Part shown: piece after piece, positions 24,595-36,161 of the stretch
How positions within the stretch are numbered: the first letter of the stretch is position 1
How the letters are laid out: every line of letters starts with the position of its first letter
Assembly (NCBI GenBank): GCA_051294375.1
Contig: JBJCIZ010000239.1
Span: 4,905,581-4,969,580, forward strand
From: Paraspadella gotoi
Taxonomy: Eukaryota; Animalia; Chaetognatha
Length of the DNA: 64,000 nt
Direction: 5' to 3'
Notes under the pieces: generated by a model
The model's input: only the letters and a program-made list of their open reading frames with translations
Told to the model about the DNA's origin: nothing
The model's database searches: none
Made by a program: the position numbers and the translations under genes

Positions 24595-26479
24595 GGCCAG
24601 GGATCACTCAATCTATAATTGCAGAAATCTAAATTTACTGTATCCTAATACCTCCCTCGCATCCTACTGAGAGGTTTTCTGGAGAAATAAATCGAGATCT
24701 TTCCCTAATGTACTTAGAATGCCCAACCTAATTTTATGCAAAATTTTTTATTCGGTAAGCCAAGATTTTCGAGTCGAAACTGATTTTTCACGGTAAGCTC
24801 AATTTCTCAATTTTTTTTTCGGTAAACTTAGATTTTCAAGAAAAATTTCAAGACTTAAAAAAAAATAATTAAATTCTACAGACTCTTTTTTTTTAACTCA
24901 CTCACAGCTGTAACATTAATCAGATGTCCTCAATAAACTTGCAAACATGAGCAGATAAATAAAAATCAAATAATTCTAAGCCACCTGTAATAAATAACTT
25001 CCTATAAGAGAATCAGTACAATTGTAAGTATAATATTTGTAATTTGTAAAAAAAAAAATAAAATCAATTAGTGTAATTTTTATTAATAAAAAACATTGTT
25101 CTGGCAACAGAATATTCGATTATTTTGATGCAATATGAACAATAAAAAAATTGAAACCGGTAAGAAATATTTTTAATCGGTCAAGTTACAATAATAAATG
25201 AAAAAAATCATGCGTCACAACGTATCGTGAATGTCGTGTCGAATCTTAGTAGAGTAACGAGTACAGAACTTAATCTTGTTGACGGACAAAAATTAAAAAC
25301 GAAGAGTTGCAGCTAAAACCGATTGACTGCACGTTTTAAAAAAAATATTTTACAAAAGAAAAGAAAGGTGGGCGGAATTCTATGAGCCGTTTTTTTAGAA
25401 ACCTTTTTCATTTCAAATATATTAAGGTAGGACTAAGCTCTGACGAACAAAAGCCCGAGGTTTTTTTTAATATATTCTTATACCGGACAAGTAGAATGAT
25501 GGCAATATTGTTAATATTAAGTTTCAAAAAAATCCGACTATAAATATAGAAAATATTAACCAAAATCTTCGGAAAATTTTCCCCTTCTTTTGGAGATTTT
25601 CGCCATATGAAGATTTTTCCCGAATCTGACTCCCGGTTGAAAACTCTTAGAATTCTGATCGTTAGCTCCTCTTTTACTTTTACTTTAAATAAAAATTTTA
25701 CCAAAATGGACTAATTCACTTTACCATGATCGTATCATATCAAAATAACCTAATAAAATGTAAAGAAAAATTTTGAGAGCCCTTCAGACACTTTTCCAAA
25801 GGATTCCAAAATTAGACCTCATTTGTTGAACAGGAACATACCTCAGTTACGTTTATATCGTTTTCAAGGAAAAAAATCCCTTTCATTTCTATATAAAATC
25901 AGAGATGGAAAATTTCTCCGTCCAGAAGCAGTCTATTTGTTCTGGCTTGTTTGATATCAAGATGTTGATGCATTTGACAAGAGAAAAAAAATGCGAGCCC
26001 TTCAGATGCAACAGGATTGGAATCAAGTGTTTTTACATCGATATTTTACCAGAATTTTTACCAGGAGCGTTATATTGTTTGGTAGTCAGATTTGAACGAA
26101 AATCTCCATTGAAAAAGTCTTCCTCGATCTCTAAGAACGACGTAGACTCCTAATTAAGGGAATAACATTGAAAATTGAACAAAATGATTAAATTTTCTAT
26201 GAAGGAATACGAATTTCAAAAAAACTTTTCATAGAATTGGAGGTCCTTGACCTAAAAAAAATTCCTGTATTATTTGATTAGAATTGGCTTGTTCATTTGG
26301 GCTGCAACTCAACAGATAGGTTTCTTTTATTTTATATAGTAATATAAAATTCGATTAAACGACAACGCCTTTGAAAAAATGATGAAGTGAATACATTTTC
26401 GGAATCGTCAGGAGCTCAACTTTCCGAATCCGAGCTCGGTTTTAGGCTATACACAATTTGAATTGAGTGATCCCCGACC
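24595..26479. mobile_element. Kolobok-like element (TTAA TSD) nested in family B
   Basis: TTAA|GGCCAGGGATCACTCAAT ... ATTGAGTGATCCCCGACC|TTAA; the empty site TTTGATATTAAATCCTT is seen in the 55.8-kb copy. Confidence 0.75.
25428..26152. mobile_element. Family A full copy
   Basis: TAGGACTAAG...GACTCCTA flanked by the TSD ATTAAGG (25421-25427, 26153-26159). Confidence 0.8.
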
Positions 26480-26724
26480 TTAAATCCTTTATCAAATGCC
26501 ATAAGACGGAATCGTGTGTTTTTACAACTGTTTTTTACTCGAATTTCTGGCAATCTCGTTTGCAATTTGGGTAGTCAGATTTTAACGGAAATCTCTATTA
26601 GAAAAATGTTGAATTTTTTTTTAAGCGAGATTCTCGTCTATGAGAATGTTGAAAAAAGGGAGAGGAATTTTGGTTGTTTTTGGTCGATTTAGAAAAATGT
26701 TGAAATTTTTTTTAAGCGAGATTC

Positions 26725-26959
26725 TGTGGATAAGGCGCTACGTGGGCTGAAGATGACTGTCCGTAACTTCTATAACCCCCTCTAGCAGCCATGGAACGGG
26801 TCCCTGGGCTTGGAACCAGGCTTGAGGGTTTGCCATGCCCCCAAGGCGGCTTACGGCCGTCCTCACGCTTCCCGCAGAGTAGGTACCGTGTTGGGATTGA
26901 ACCCGGTACCTAGTGGTCATGAGCTGATGGCTTTACTCAATGAGCAATGCCCGACTACA
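26725..26959. mobile_element. Solo LTR (235 bp) with 4-bp TSD
   Basis: ATTC|TGTGG...CTACA|ATTC, inserted in the terminus of a family B fragment. Confidence 0.75.
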
Positions 26960-26987
26960 ATTCTCGTCTAATTTGAACGCTCTAGCT

Positions 26988-27306
26988 TGTAGTGGGGGCA
27001 TAGGCGTTTGTCGTAGCGTACCCGAAGTTGACTGGGCATAGGCGTTTGTTTTGCATACCCTGAAAAGGTTGCATGTTCGATAGTAGGGCTCACCACTTAT
27101 GCCCATTGGCATCTCACTGTTGGCTTTGGGGGCTTCCGACCCTCAGTGACGCATCCAGTCACTGGCGCGGTTACCCTAGGACGGTCTCGTTTTGCCAACG
27201 CAGAGGGAGCACTACCCCTGGGATGGTGTGTTCCCCCTCTGAGCCAATGGATTTGGCTGAACGATGCTGGACGTGAGGCGGTGTGAATATATACCGCCAC
27301 ACTACA
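26988..27306. mobile_element. Solo LTR-like element (319 bp)
   Basis: TGTAGTG...CACTACA 7-bp inverted termini, GC-rich; no TSD seen. Confidence 0.6.
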
Positions 27307-27511
27307 TTAATTTTGCCATTGATTTACCTCTCCAATAAATGAACTTATTCACGATTTATTCGTCATTTATTCGAAATTTACATTTGAGATTTATAAATCC
27401 TTGCTCCATGCCAATTCAATCTACAGCCGACGAATTAAAAGCGCGACCCTCTAGGCATAGAAAATAGTAATAATAAATAACTTCACACTAGCAGTCACTT
27501 AAATTTGAGGA

Positions 27512-27985
27512 TTTTTAGTTGGATCTGCTTATTAGCAGATCCTGACTCTATAACTCACTTTGTCGGTTCGTCGGTCTGCCCCCTCAATCTTGTCGGGAAC
27601 TCACTTAAATCATGTCAGAACATCAAATTATGATAAATTATGCAAAAAAAATGTTCGTCCGTCTGTCTGTCTTTCCGTCTGTCTGTCCATCCGTTTGTAC
27701 AAAAAACACCAATTACTCGTGATTGGATGGATGGATTGGAATGAAATTTTTTATGTCTGTAGGGAAGTGTGTGATTGAGCTGGATATGAAGTTTCGATGG
27801 AATCGTCCAAGTGGAAATGAGTTGAAATGGAAAAAACAAAAAATATATTTCACTATTTTAACACCAATTGCTCATGAGTGGATGGGGCGATTGACTTGAG
27901 ATTTTGTATTTGGGTAGGAAAGTGTGTGATTAAGCTGAAAATCAAGTTTCGATAGAATCGTCTGAGTGGTAATGAGTTTAAATTG
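27512..27985 (+). mobile_element. HINE 5' part (host of nested HINEs; resumes at 30841-30875)
   Basis: TTTTTAGTTGGATCTGCTTATTAGCAGATCCTGAC start; sequence continues after 30840 as CAAAGAACCTGTTT. Confidence 0.7.
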
Positions 27986-30840
27986 AAACAAGTTTGAGCA
28001 AACAATGTCGGATCTGCCTACGATAATTAATTAATTAATTAATTAATCGATTAATTAATTAATTAATTAATTTTAATATGTAATAATTATTTTAAATTTA
28101 TATTCAACTTATCATCATCGATGTCCTTAAATTGGGTTAGGACAGTTATTAATATGTTTTGTTTACATTTTATCAAACAAACAAATATCCTCTATTTTAT
28201 TTTATGTCTCTCTCTCTCCTCTCTCACTTCTCACTCACTCTCTTCTCTCTCTCCTCTCTCTCTCTCTCTTTTTTCTGCAATTGCGACGATCCTCTTATGC
28301 TTTTCAGATTTTTTTAAACTTGCATCATTTTTACATTAATTAATTATATTAATTCATTAATTTATATTAAAACATTTATTAGTAATCATTAATATTAAAG
28401 ATTCAAGTAAATGTGACTTATGTTTTTTCCATCTAATACTCATTTACCCCTGGCACAATTCCGTCAATACTTTTATATATATTATATTATTAAATAAATA
28501 CTTAAAAAAAGCTTCAGTGCAACAACCCAATGAACTAATTTTCAAAAAGTGTATTATTTGAAAATCGAGCTTAGTAGTAACACAGGGAAAAAAAATTTAA
28601 AGAGAAGCTAGAAGTGTTATAAAAAGTGTTCAATTTTGGCCCGCCTTTACTAGATATTAGGCCTTACTACGATATATATGCATGTGATTAAAAATGTTAT
28701 CGGATACATAATTTATCAAATTTTATGTATTGTTGTAAGTATTTTAAGTATCTCCTTTAATTCAGTGAGAACTAAATAACAACGTTTTTTACATTCGCTA
28801 ATTTTTAATTCCTGACTCCTTTTCTATGCTATTCTCTTTCTCTCTCTCTCTCACATCTCTCTCTCTCCATCTCTCTTTGCAATTCGGACGATCACTTAAT
28901 AGCTCATTTTACCTGCTCTCGGTCTCTCTTCTTCTTCCTCTCTCTCTCCTCTGCTCTCTCTCTCTCCTCTTTCGATGCGCGATCTTATGCTTTTAGATTT
29001 ACTTGTCTCAATCAATTTTTCTGCTTCAAGATTAGATGTTTGCACTTAGGTTTTTCATTTAAACTCATTTCCACTGGCACAATTCCGGTCAAAACTTTAT
29101 ATCTAGCTTTTTCACACACTTTCCTACCCGCTCACAAATTTCATCTCAATCTATTAATGGTTAAAATTAAGTAAAAAGATTCAAGTAAATGTGACTCATA
29201 TTTTATTCATTTTAAACTCATATTTCCACTCGTACGTTTCCACGACTTTATATCAAGCATCGATACACCATTTTGTTACCCCACAAATTTGAACTCAATG
29301 CTATCCATCCCAATTATGGTTGAATTAGAGTACTTATTGCGTTAAAATAAGTAAAAAGATTTTAGTAAATGCGAACTTACTTTTTTTTTCCCACTTACTC
29401 ATTGTCCACTCACCACGATTCCGTCGAAAACTTTTATTAAATCCAGCTTTATCACACACTTTCCTACCCACACACAACAATTTCATTTCATCCAACCAGC
29501 CAATCACGAGTTATTGGAGCTTTTTGCTAACGGTGGGACGGAAGGACGGATTGATTGACTGATTACTTTAATTATTGATTAATTAATTGACTAATTGATT
29601 AATTAACTGATTAATTATTTTACTTATTAATACATCCTGCATATATCATTTTAATATAAAAGGAAAAAGAAGAATAATCAATTAGTGAAACAGGTTTTTT
29701 GTTTTTTTCCATTTAAAACTCATTTCCACTCAAAAGATTTCCATCGAACTTGGTTTCCTGTTCAATCACACACTTTTCTACTCACATACAAAATTCCAGG
29801 TCAATCAGATAATTAAGGTGGTAATAAGCTATCTTGGTCAACTTGCATAATTTAATCAACTTGCATAATTTGTCAACTGTGACATAATTTGGTCTTAACT
29901 GACATAATTTGGTCTACTTGACATAATTTGGTCAACTGACATAATTTGATCAATTAAGATAATTTGGTCAACCGGCATAATTTGGTTAACTGGCATAATT
30001 TTATCAACTAGCCTAATTTGGTCAACAGGCATAATTTGGTCAACTTGCAAACTTGATTAACTTGCAGAATTTGGTCAAACTGCCATAATTTGGTCAATTA
30101 GCATAATTTGGTCAATCAATCAATCAATCAATCAGAGAGAGAGAGAAACTTTAAAAAAATTCAAATAAATGTTGTCTTTTGGTTTTCTAATTGAACTCTT
30201 TTCCACTCCTACGATTCCATCAAAAAATTTTTATCCAGCTTTATCACATACTTTCCTACCCACACACAAAATTCAATTATTTCGATTTATCTATCCATTT
30301 TTTAATAAACAAAATAATTATGAGTAAATTTAAGTAAAAACACTCAAGTAAATATGACTTTTGTTTTTCCATTTTAATCTATTTCCACTCGCACGATTCC
30401 ATCGAAACTTTATATACCGGCTCAATCACACACTTTCCTACCATCATACAAAATTTCAAGTCAATTGCACTATCACTCATGAGCAATTGGCGTTCAAATA
30501 GTGAAATATATTTTTTTGTTTTTCCATTTAAACCAATTTCCACTCGCCACGATTCCCTTGAAACTTCATTATCCATCTAATCACACAGTTTCCCAACCCA
30601 CACAACAAAATTTCATACCAATCATCTCATCCAATCACGAGTAATTGGAGTTTTTTGCTAAGGTGGGACGGACGGAGGACGGACGGAGCGACGGACATCA
30701 TTTTTTTTTGATAATTTATCATAATTCGATGTTCTGACATGATATAAGTGTGTGCCCGACAATATTGAGGGGCGGACGCGACGGACCGAAAAAGTGAGTT
30801 ATAGAGTCGGGATCTGCTGATAAGCAGATCCGACTAAAAA
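27986..30840 (-). mobile_element. Complete HINE (~2.85 kb) with internal ~18-20-bp minisatellite (29835-30115)
   Basis: Both termini present; CATAATTTGGTCAACT repeats. Confidence 0.75.
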
Positions 30841-30874
30841 CAAAGAACCTGTTTTCATTAATTGATTATGCTTC

Positions 30875-31558
30875 TTTTTAGTCCGATCTGCTTATCAGCA
30901 GATCCCGACTCTATAATTCACTTTGTCGGTCCGTCGGTCGCCCCCCTCAATATTGTCGGGCCACACACTTATATCATGTCAGAACATCGAATTATGATAG
31001 AAATTATGCAAAAAAAACGATGTCCGTCCGTCCGTCGTCCCACCTTAGCAAAAAACTCCAATTTACTCGTGATTGGATGGATGGATTGGTATGAAATTTT
31101 GTGTGTGGGTGGGAAACTGTGTGATTGAGATGGATATGAAGTTTCAGGGAATCGTGCGAGTGGAAATTGGTTTACATGGAAAAAACAAAAAATATATTTC
31201 ATATTTGAACGCAATTGCTCATGAGTGGATAGGCATTGACTTGAAATTTTTGTATGAAGGTATGAAAGTGTGTGATTGAGCTGGATATAAGTTTCGATGG
31301 AATCATGCGTGTGGAAATGAGTTAAATGGAAAACAAAAGGTCATATTTACTTGAAATATTATTACTTAATTTATTCTTTTTTATGTTTATTATTAGGAGA
31401 ATAGATAAATCGAAATTGATTTGTGTGTGGGTAGGAAGTATGTGATAAAGCTGGATATAATTTTTTGATGGAATCGTAGGAGTGGAAAAGAGTTCATAGA
31501 AAACCAAAGACACATTTATTTGAATTTTTTAAAGTTTCTCTCTCTCTCTATCTCTCTC

Positions 31559-31589
<31 letters not shown>

Positions 31590-32079
31590 CCAAATTATGC
31601 AAATTGACCAAAATTATGCCAGTTGACAAAATTCTGCAAGTTGATCAAGTTCTGCAAGTTGACCAAATTAATGCAAGTTGATCAAGTTCTGCAAGTTGAC
31701 CAATATTGCCAGTTTGACCAAATGGCAGTTGATAAAAATTATGCCAGTTGACAAATTATGCGGTTGAATTTTCTTAATTGATCAAATTATGTCAGTTGAC
31801 CAAATTATTGTCAGTTGACCAAATTATGTCAGTAGACCAAATTATTCAGTTAACCAAATTATGTCAGTTGATTAATTTGAATTGTATTATGCAAGTTGAC
31901 CAAGTTAGCTTATTACCACTTAATTATCGATTGACCTGGAATTTTGTATGTGAGTAGAAAGTGTGTGATTGAACAGGAACCAAGTTTCGATGGAATCTTT
32001 TGAGTGGTAGTTTAAATGGACAAAAAACTGTTTCACTAATTAATTTATGCTTTTTTTTATTTTTATATTAAATTAAATG
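30875..32079 (+). mobile_element. HINE, 3'-truncated by the Gypsy element
   Basis: TTTTTAGTCCGATCTGCTTATCAGCAGATCCCGAC start; reverse complement of ~29640-30840. Confidence 0.75.
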
Positions 32080-32655
32080 TGTGGCGAGACGCCGGATTAT
32101 TTGTCGGCGTTGCCACGAACTTGAAGGACGCCGTAGACTTGGCGACGTGCTGGGAGAGGATCGTCAGGGTCTGCCAAGGGCGTCGGCACAAGTTGAAGTT
32201 CTTGGATTGTTCCAATCGGTAAAATCAGTTGTGAACAAAGTTCTTAATTTTGTTCCATTAGCATTGTATTAAATACCTTAATAAAATAATCAAAGCATAT
32301 AGATATTAAATACAATGCAATTAACACTTAAAAGAAATTGATTAACAATGCAATAATCAAATAACAATTATTAAATAAATATTAACAGTAACGATTGTTA
32401 GAATTAGATGACTCCATTTTGTATAGTTGAAACTAGGAGAAATAGTGAATTATCTTCACTCAACAATAATTATAATTAAACTCGCTAGATGGCATAGTTA
32501 ATATAGTATGAATAGATTGTTCATATGTCTAAAATAAGTGACAGTAATAATTGATATAAGTTTTATATAGGGAACTTGAGAAGTGAGGCAGATGTGAGCT
32601 CACAGTGATTACTCCTACTCACTCGTGGCTCAGAGATTCGGGGATCGAATCCACA
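32080..32655 (-). repeat. 3' LTR
   Basis: TGTGGCGAGAC...GAATCCACA; direct repeat of 37272-37840; minus-strand PPT CTGGGGGGGA at 32656-32665. Confidence 0.95.
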
Positions 32656-35600
32656 TCCCCCCCAGACGAGTTAACGGAGGAGAACGAGGAGTTGAGCTGA
32701 TTAGACTCACGGTTGGGCTCATTTTGTTGAAGAATGTGCCGTAGAACCGAGGCATAGTCGGGGCGTTGGACCGCGTTGGCGTCGGGCCCAACGGGTGGAG
32801 ATTGTCCCGAGACGTTTGGCGGTTGAACGGCGATCTCATTGGATCCTTCGGTGTCAAGATCTTCGGATTCGACGGCATTCTCGTAGTTGGGCTCCGGTCG
32901 GTCGGTCGGTCGGTCTCTCGTTTTTGAGCGAGTTTGCATCGTGAACGGAGGTGGTTGGTGAGTGCGCGGACGGCCCGGACGTCGGCGTCGAGGAAGAGAC
33001 AACAGGGGCGCTGCTTGCGGAGGTGATGGCGGTGGCACTGCCTGCAAAGGCAGTGTGTCGTCTTGAGTGGCGTCATCAAAAACATTAGCAGGCTTCACTC
33101 TCGATATTGAAACCACGTCGACGCCCTTCCCCGGGATTTCGATTTGAAAGTTCAAATTGTCACGGCCGACGACTTTGAAGGGACCTACGTATGGCGCCGT
33201 CAATGGCGGTTTGACGCCGCCTCGGCGGATGAAGACGTGGGAGGTTGTGGCGAGGTCGTCGGGTAAGTGGACACGGGGAAGGCGATGGTGACTCGTTGGA
33301 ATCGGCTGGAGACGTTCAACTTCCAAGCGGAGTTGGTCGCGGAGTTGCCTCTGGGCGCTTAAGTCGTCCGTGATGGAGTCGGAAGGGGCGAGGACGGCGC
33401 CGGGGATAGCCAGGCCATCTCCATAAACGAGTTGGGCTGGCGAAGCTCCGAGATCTGGTTTGATGGTGGTTCGGATCGCCAGGAGAGTTGAGGGAAGCCG
33501 CCAATACCATTTATCCGGATCGTCGAGGGAGAGAGCGATGAGAGACTCCTTCAATCGCCGATGAAAGCGCTCGACGAGGCCGTTTGATTGAGGGTGGTAG
33601 GCGGTTGTTTGGTGTAGTTTGCATCCCCAAGTCTCCGCCAGTTGCTTCCAGATAGTTGACGAAAACTGAGAGCCGCGATCTGAGGTGATTTCCTCAGGGA
33701 TGCCGAAGGAGGCTATCCAGCCATGGGTAAAGGCATCAGCCACGGTGGCGGCAGTGATGTCTTTAATGGGGATAGCTATGGGCCACCGAGAGAATCTATC
33801 CACGGCCGTCAGCAGATATGGAAAACCGTTGGAGTTGGGCATGACGACCAAATCCACATGGACGTGTTGAAAACGTCTAGGGGGAACAGTGAAGTTGCCA
33901 ATCTCGGGAATGACGTTCTTTGTCACCTTGGCGCGCTGGCAGGCAATGCACTCTCGAGACCATCGTGTGATGTCTGCTCTCATCGACGGCCAGACAAATT
34001 TCTCGGCGATAGTTTCTCTTGTTCTTGCGACGCCGGGATGACCGAGTCCGTGAATGGCATCGAAAACGCGGCGGCGCCACGTCTCGGGAACAAAAGGACG
34101 AGGAGGGCCGTTCGACACATCGACGACAATGCTCTGGTCGCCGAGATGGACTCGTCGGAATCGGAGGCCGGTTTGGGCGTCGTTCATGATCCGATTGAAG
34201 TCTCTGTCGAGGGGCTGCTGTCGTGCCATCTCCTGGAGGTCGATGCCTTGAGCTTCCACAGCTGCGGCGACTAGGATGAGATTGTCCAATTTGTCGTCGC
34301 CAATGGGTTTGCCGATAGAGGCCACAACTTGTGGGATGGGTGGGTTGGGGCGCGACAAGGCGTCGGCCACCACGTTGGCCTTACCTTCAACATGTCTAAT
34401 GTCAGTCGTATACTCGGCAATGACTGACAATTGGAAAGTGTGACGGGCCGTTTGAGGCTCACTCTTCTTGTGCAAGGCATGGATAAGGCTGAGGTGGTCC
34501 GTGTATAAGGTGAAGGTCCTTCCTTCAAGCCAGTGACGAAAATGGCGGACGGCTCGAAAGGCGCCGTAAAGTTCTCGGTCGAATGGGGGCCACTTTCGTT
34601 GGCTCTCGTTCAATTTGGCCGAGAAAAAGGCCAGGGGTTCCCAACCTTGGGCGCTGCGTTGTTCAAGCACTGCACCAACGGCGTAGTCGGAAGCATCTGT
34701 CGTAAGGGCCAGTTGAGCGCCGGTCTGCGGGTGCCGTAGGAGGACTGCGTTAGCCAAAGCTTCCTTGACGGCGTCGAAGCTTTTCTGACAGTCTGCCGTC
34801 CAATCCAGGCGCCTTGGTTTTCCGCTGAGGGTGTCATACATCGGCGCTGCATGATGGGCGACCTTCGGGATGAAGCGTCTATAATAGTTCATCATCCCGA
34901 GGAATCTCTGAAGCTCCTTGATGGTCGTAGGAGGTGTCGTCTGTCGAAGTGCCTCGACACGTTGCGGTAGTGGCCTGACGCCGCTCGCGTCGACATAGTA
35001 GCCGAGGAACTCGAGCGACGACTTGCCGAGGATGCACTTTTTTCGGTTGACGACCAGGCCATTCTCGTTGAGGGCTTGGAAGACGGCCTCAAGATCCTGG
35101 AGGTGCTGCTCAGGCGACTCGCTTGCGACCAAGATATCATCCAGGTACACGTAAACGCGAGGAAACTCTCCAAGGATCTCGTCCATTAGACGTTGAAAGT
35201 CTTGGCCTGCATTCTTCAGGCCAAACGGAGTTCGGAGGAAGACGTACAGGCCAAATGGAGTTATGACGGCCGTCTTCGGGACGTCATCTGGCGCCACGGG
35301 GATTTGATGGTAACCCTTCAATAGATCTATTTTTGAAAAGATTGTTTTCCCCGCCAATTCGGCGTTGAAGTCCGCCAAAAGCTTCACTGGGTAGCGGTCA
35401 TCAATTGTCTGTGAATTGAGGCGTCTGTAGTCACCACAGACCCTCCATCCACCGTCTGCTTTGGCGACACAGTGGATGGGCGACGACCAAGAACTCTTTG
35501 CCCGTTTCGCGATTCCGAGAGCCACCATTTTGTCAAGCTCAGCTTTAGCGACAGCGAGCTTCTCGGGGGAGAGTCGACGGGCTCGGGCTTGACAGGGCCT

Positions 35601-36161
35601 ACCTTGTGTAGGTATATGGTGCTGGATTCCGTGTTTGACCTCTTTGACCTCGAAGGAAGGCATGGAAAGTGCGGGAAAACGATCGAGTAGTTGATAGTAG
35701 GGGTCAGCTTTCTGGTCCACGAAATTGATCTGTGGTGGTGGTTGGCCTAAAGACTTGGCGCATGGAATTGTGGAATAGTCTTTAAGGTCGAGAATGGTTC
35801 CATCGCGATGATTGGGTGCAAGAAAGAAATTTGCCAAAAAATCTGCGCCTAAAATGTTTTGTGTAACGTCGGCAATGAGCACTTCGAATGGGAATATTCT
35901 GGGGCCTAGTGTGATTCGTTTGAATGTGGTGCCATAACATGGAATGGGTGTGCCATTGGCTGCCTGGAGCTGTGGGCCGCTGGGGCCGGCAGCTTTTTGT
36001 TCAGGCGTTGGCGGCGTCAGAGACAAAAGGGCGCCGCCGTCAACCAACCAAACTTGTCCGTCGCTGGCATCAACGACGTGGAGGAGGAATGATTTGGTTG
36101 GTGAATATCCTTTTCGGCGGGAAACGGCGTTCACCTGCGCCGCCCCGCCAGACCGTTTCCC
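32619..36161 (-). CDS. pol: Pol polyprotein (aspartic protease, RT, RNase H, integrase), entered by -1 frameshift from gag
   Basis: WLVDGGALLS; WRVCGDYRRLN; IDLLKGYHQIP; PFGLKNAGQDFQ; YLDDIL; TTDASDYAVGAVL; HGLGHPG...CIAC; HVDLV, TSDRGSQF, GLVERFHR; PYVGPF. ORF track 32619-36134; the frame is open up to the slippery site. Confidence 0.96.
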   Translation of the reverse strand, partial: GKRSGGAAQVNAVSRRKGYSPTKSFLLHVVDASDGQVWLVDGGALLSLTPPTPEQKAAGPSGPQLQAANGTPIPCYGTTFKRITLGPRIFPFEVLIADVTQNILGADFLANFFLAPNHRDGTILDLKDYSTIPCAKSLGQPPPQINFVDQKADPYYQLLDRFPALSMPSFEVKEVKHGIQHHIPTQGRPCQARARRLSPEKLAVAKAELDKMVALGIAKRAKSSWSSPIHCVAKADGGWRVCGDYRRLNSQTIDDRYPVKLLADFNAELAGKTIFSKIDLLKGYHQIPVAPDDVPKTAVITPFGLYVFLRTPFGLKNAGQDFQRLMDEILGEFPRVYVYLDDILVASESPEQHLQDLEAVFQALNENGLVVNRKKCILGKSSLEFLGYYVDASGVRPLPQRVEALRQTTPPTTIKELQRFLGMMNYYRRFIPKVAHHAAPMYDTLSGKPRRLDWTADCQKSFDAVKEALANAVLLRHPQTGAQLALTTDASDYAVGAVLEQRSAQGWEPLAFFSAKLNESQRKWPPFDRELYGAFRAVRHFRHWLEGRTFTLYTDHLSLIHALHKKSEPQTARHTFQLSVIAEYTTDIRHVEGKANVVADALSRPNPPIPQVVASIGKPIGDDKLDNLILVAAAVEAQGIDLQEMARQQPLDRDFNRIMNDAQTGLRFRRVHLGDQSIVVDVSNGPPRPFVPETWRRRVFDAIHGLGHPGVARTRETIAEKFVWPSMRADITRWSRECIACQRAKVTKNVIPEIGNFTVPPRRFQHVHVDLVVMPNSNGFPYLLTAVDRFSRWPIAIPIKDITAATVADAFTHGWIASFGIPEEITSDRGSQFSSTIWKQLAETWGCKLHQTTAYHPQSNGLVERFHRRLKESLIALSLDDPDKWYWRLPSTLLAIRTTIKPDLGASPAQLVYGDGLAIPGAVLAPSDSITDDLSAQRQLRDQLRLEVERLQPIPTSHHRLPRVHLPDDLATTSHVFIRRGGVKPPLTAPYVGPFKVVGRDNLNFQIEIPGKGVDVVSISRVKPANVFDDATQDDTLPLQAVPPPSPPQAAPLLSLPRRRRPGRPRTHQPPPFTMQTRSKTRDRPTDRPEPNYENAVESEDLDTEGSNEIAVQPPNVSGQSPPVGPDANAVQRPDYASVLRHILQQNEPNRESNQLNSSFSSVNSSGGDVDSIPESLSHE
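36116..36161 (-). promoter_or_regulatory. -1 programmed ribosomal frameshift signal
   Basis: G GGA AAC in gag frame (plus 36155-36161), 5-nt spacer, then the hairpin GGCGGG-GCGGCG-CAGGTGAA-CGCCGT-TT-CCCGCC; pol is in the -1 frame. Confidence 0.85.

Larger units (their letters stand above)
23430..26640 (-). mobile_element. Family B copy (minus strand, one end truncated) with nested insertions
   Basis: Ends CGAGATTCTCGTCTA at 26640; internal sequence is the reverse complement of 55603-57050. Confidence 0.65.
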
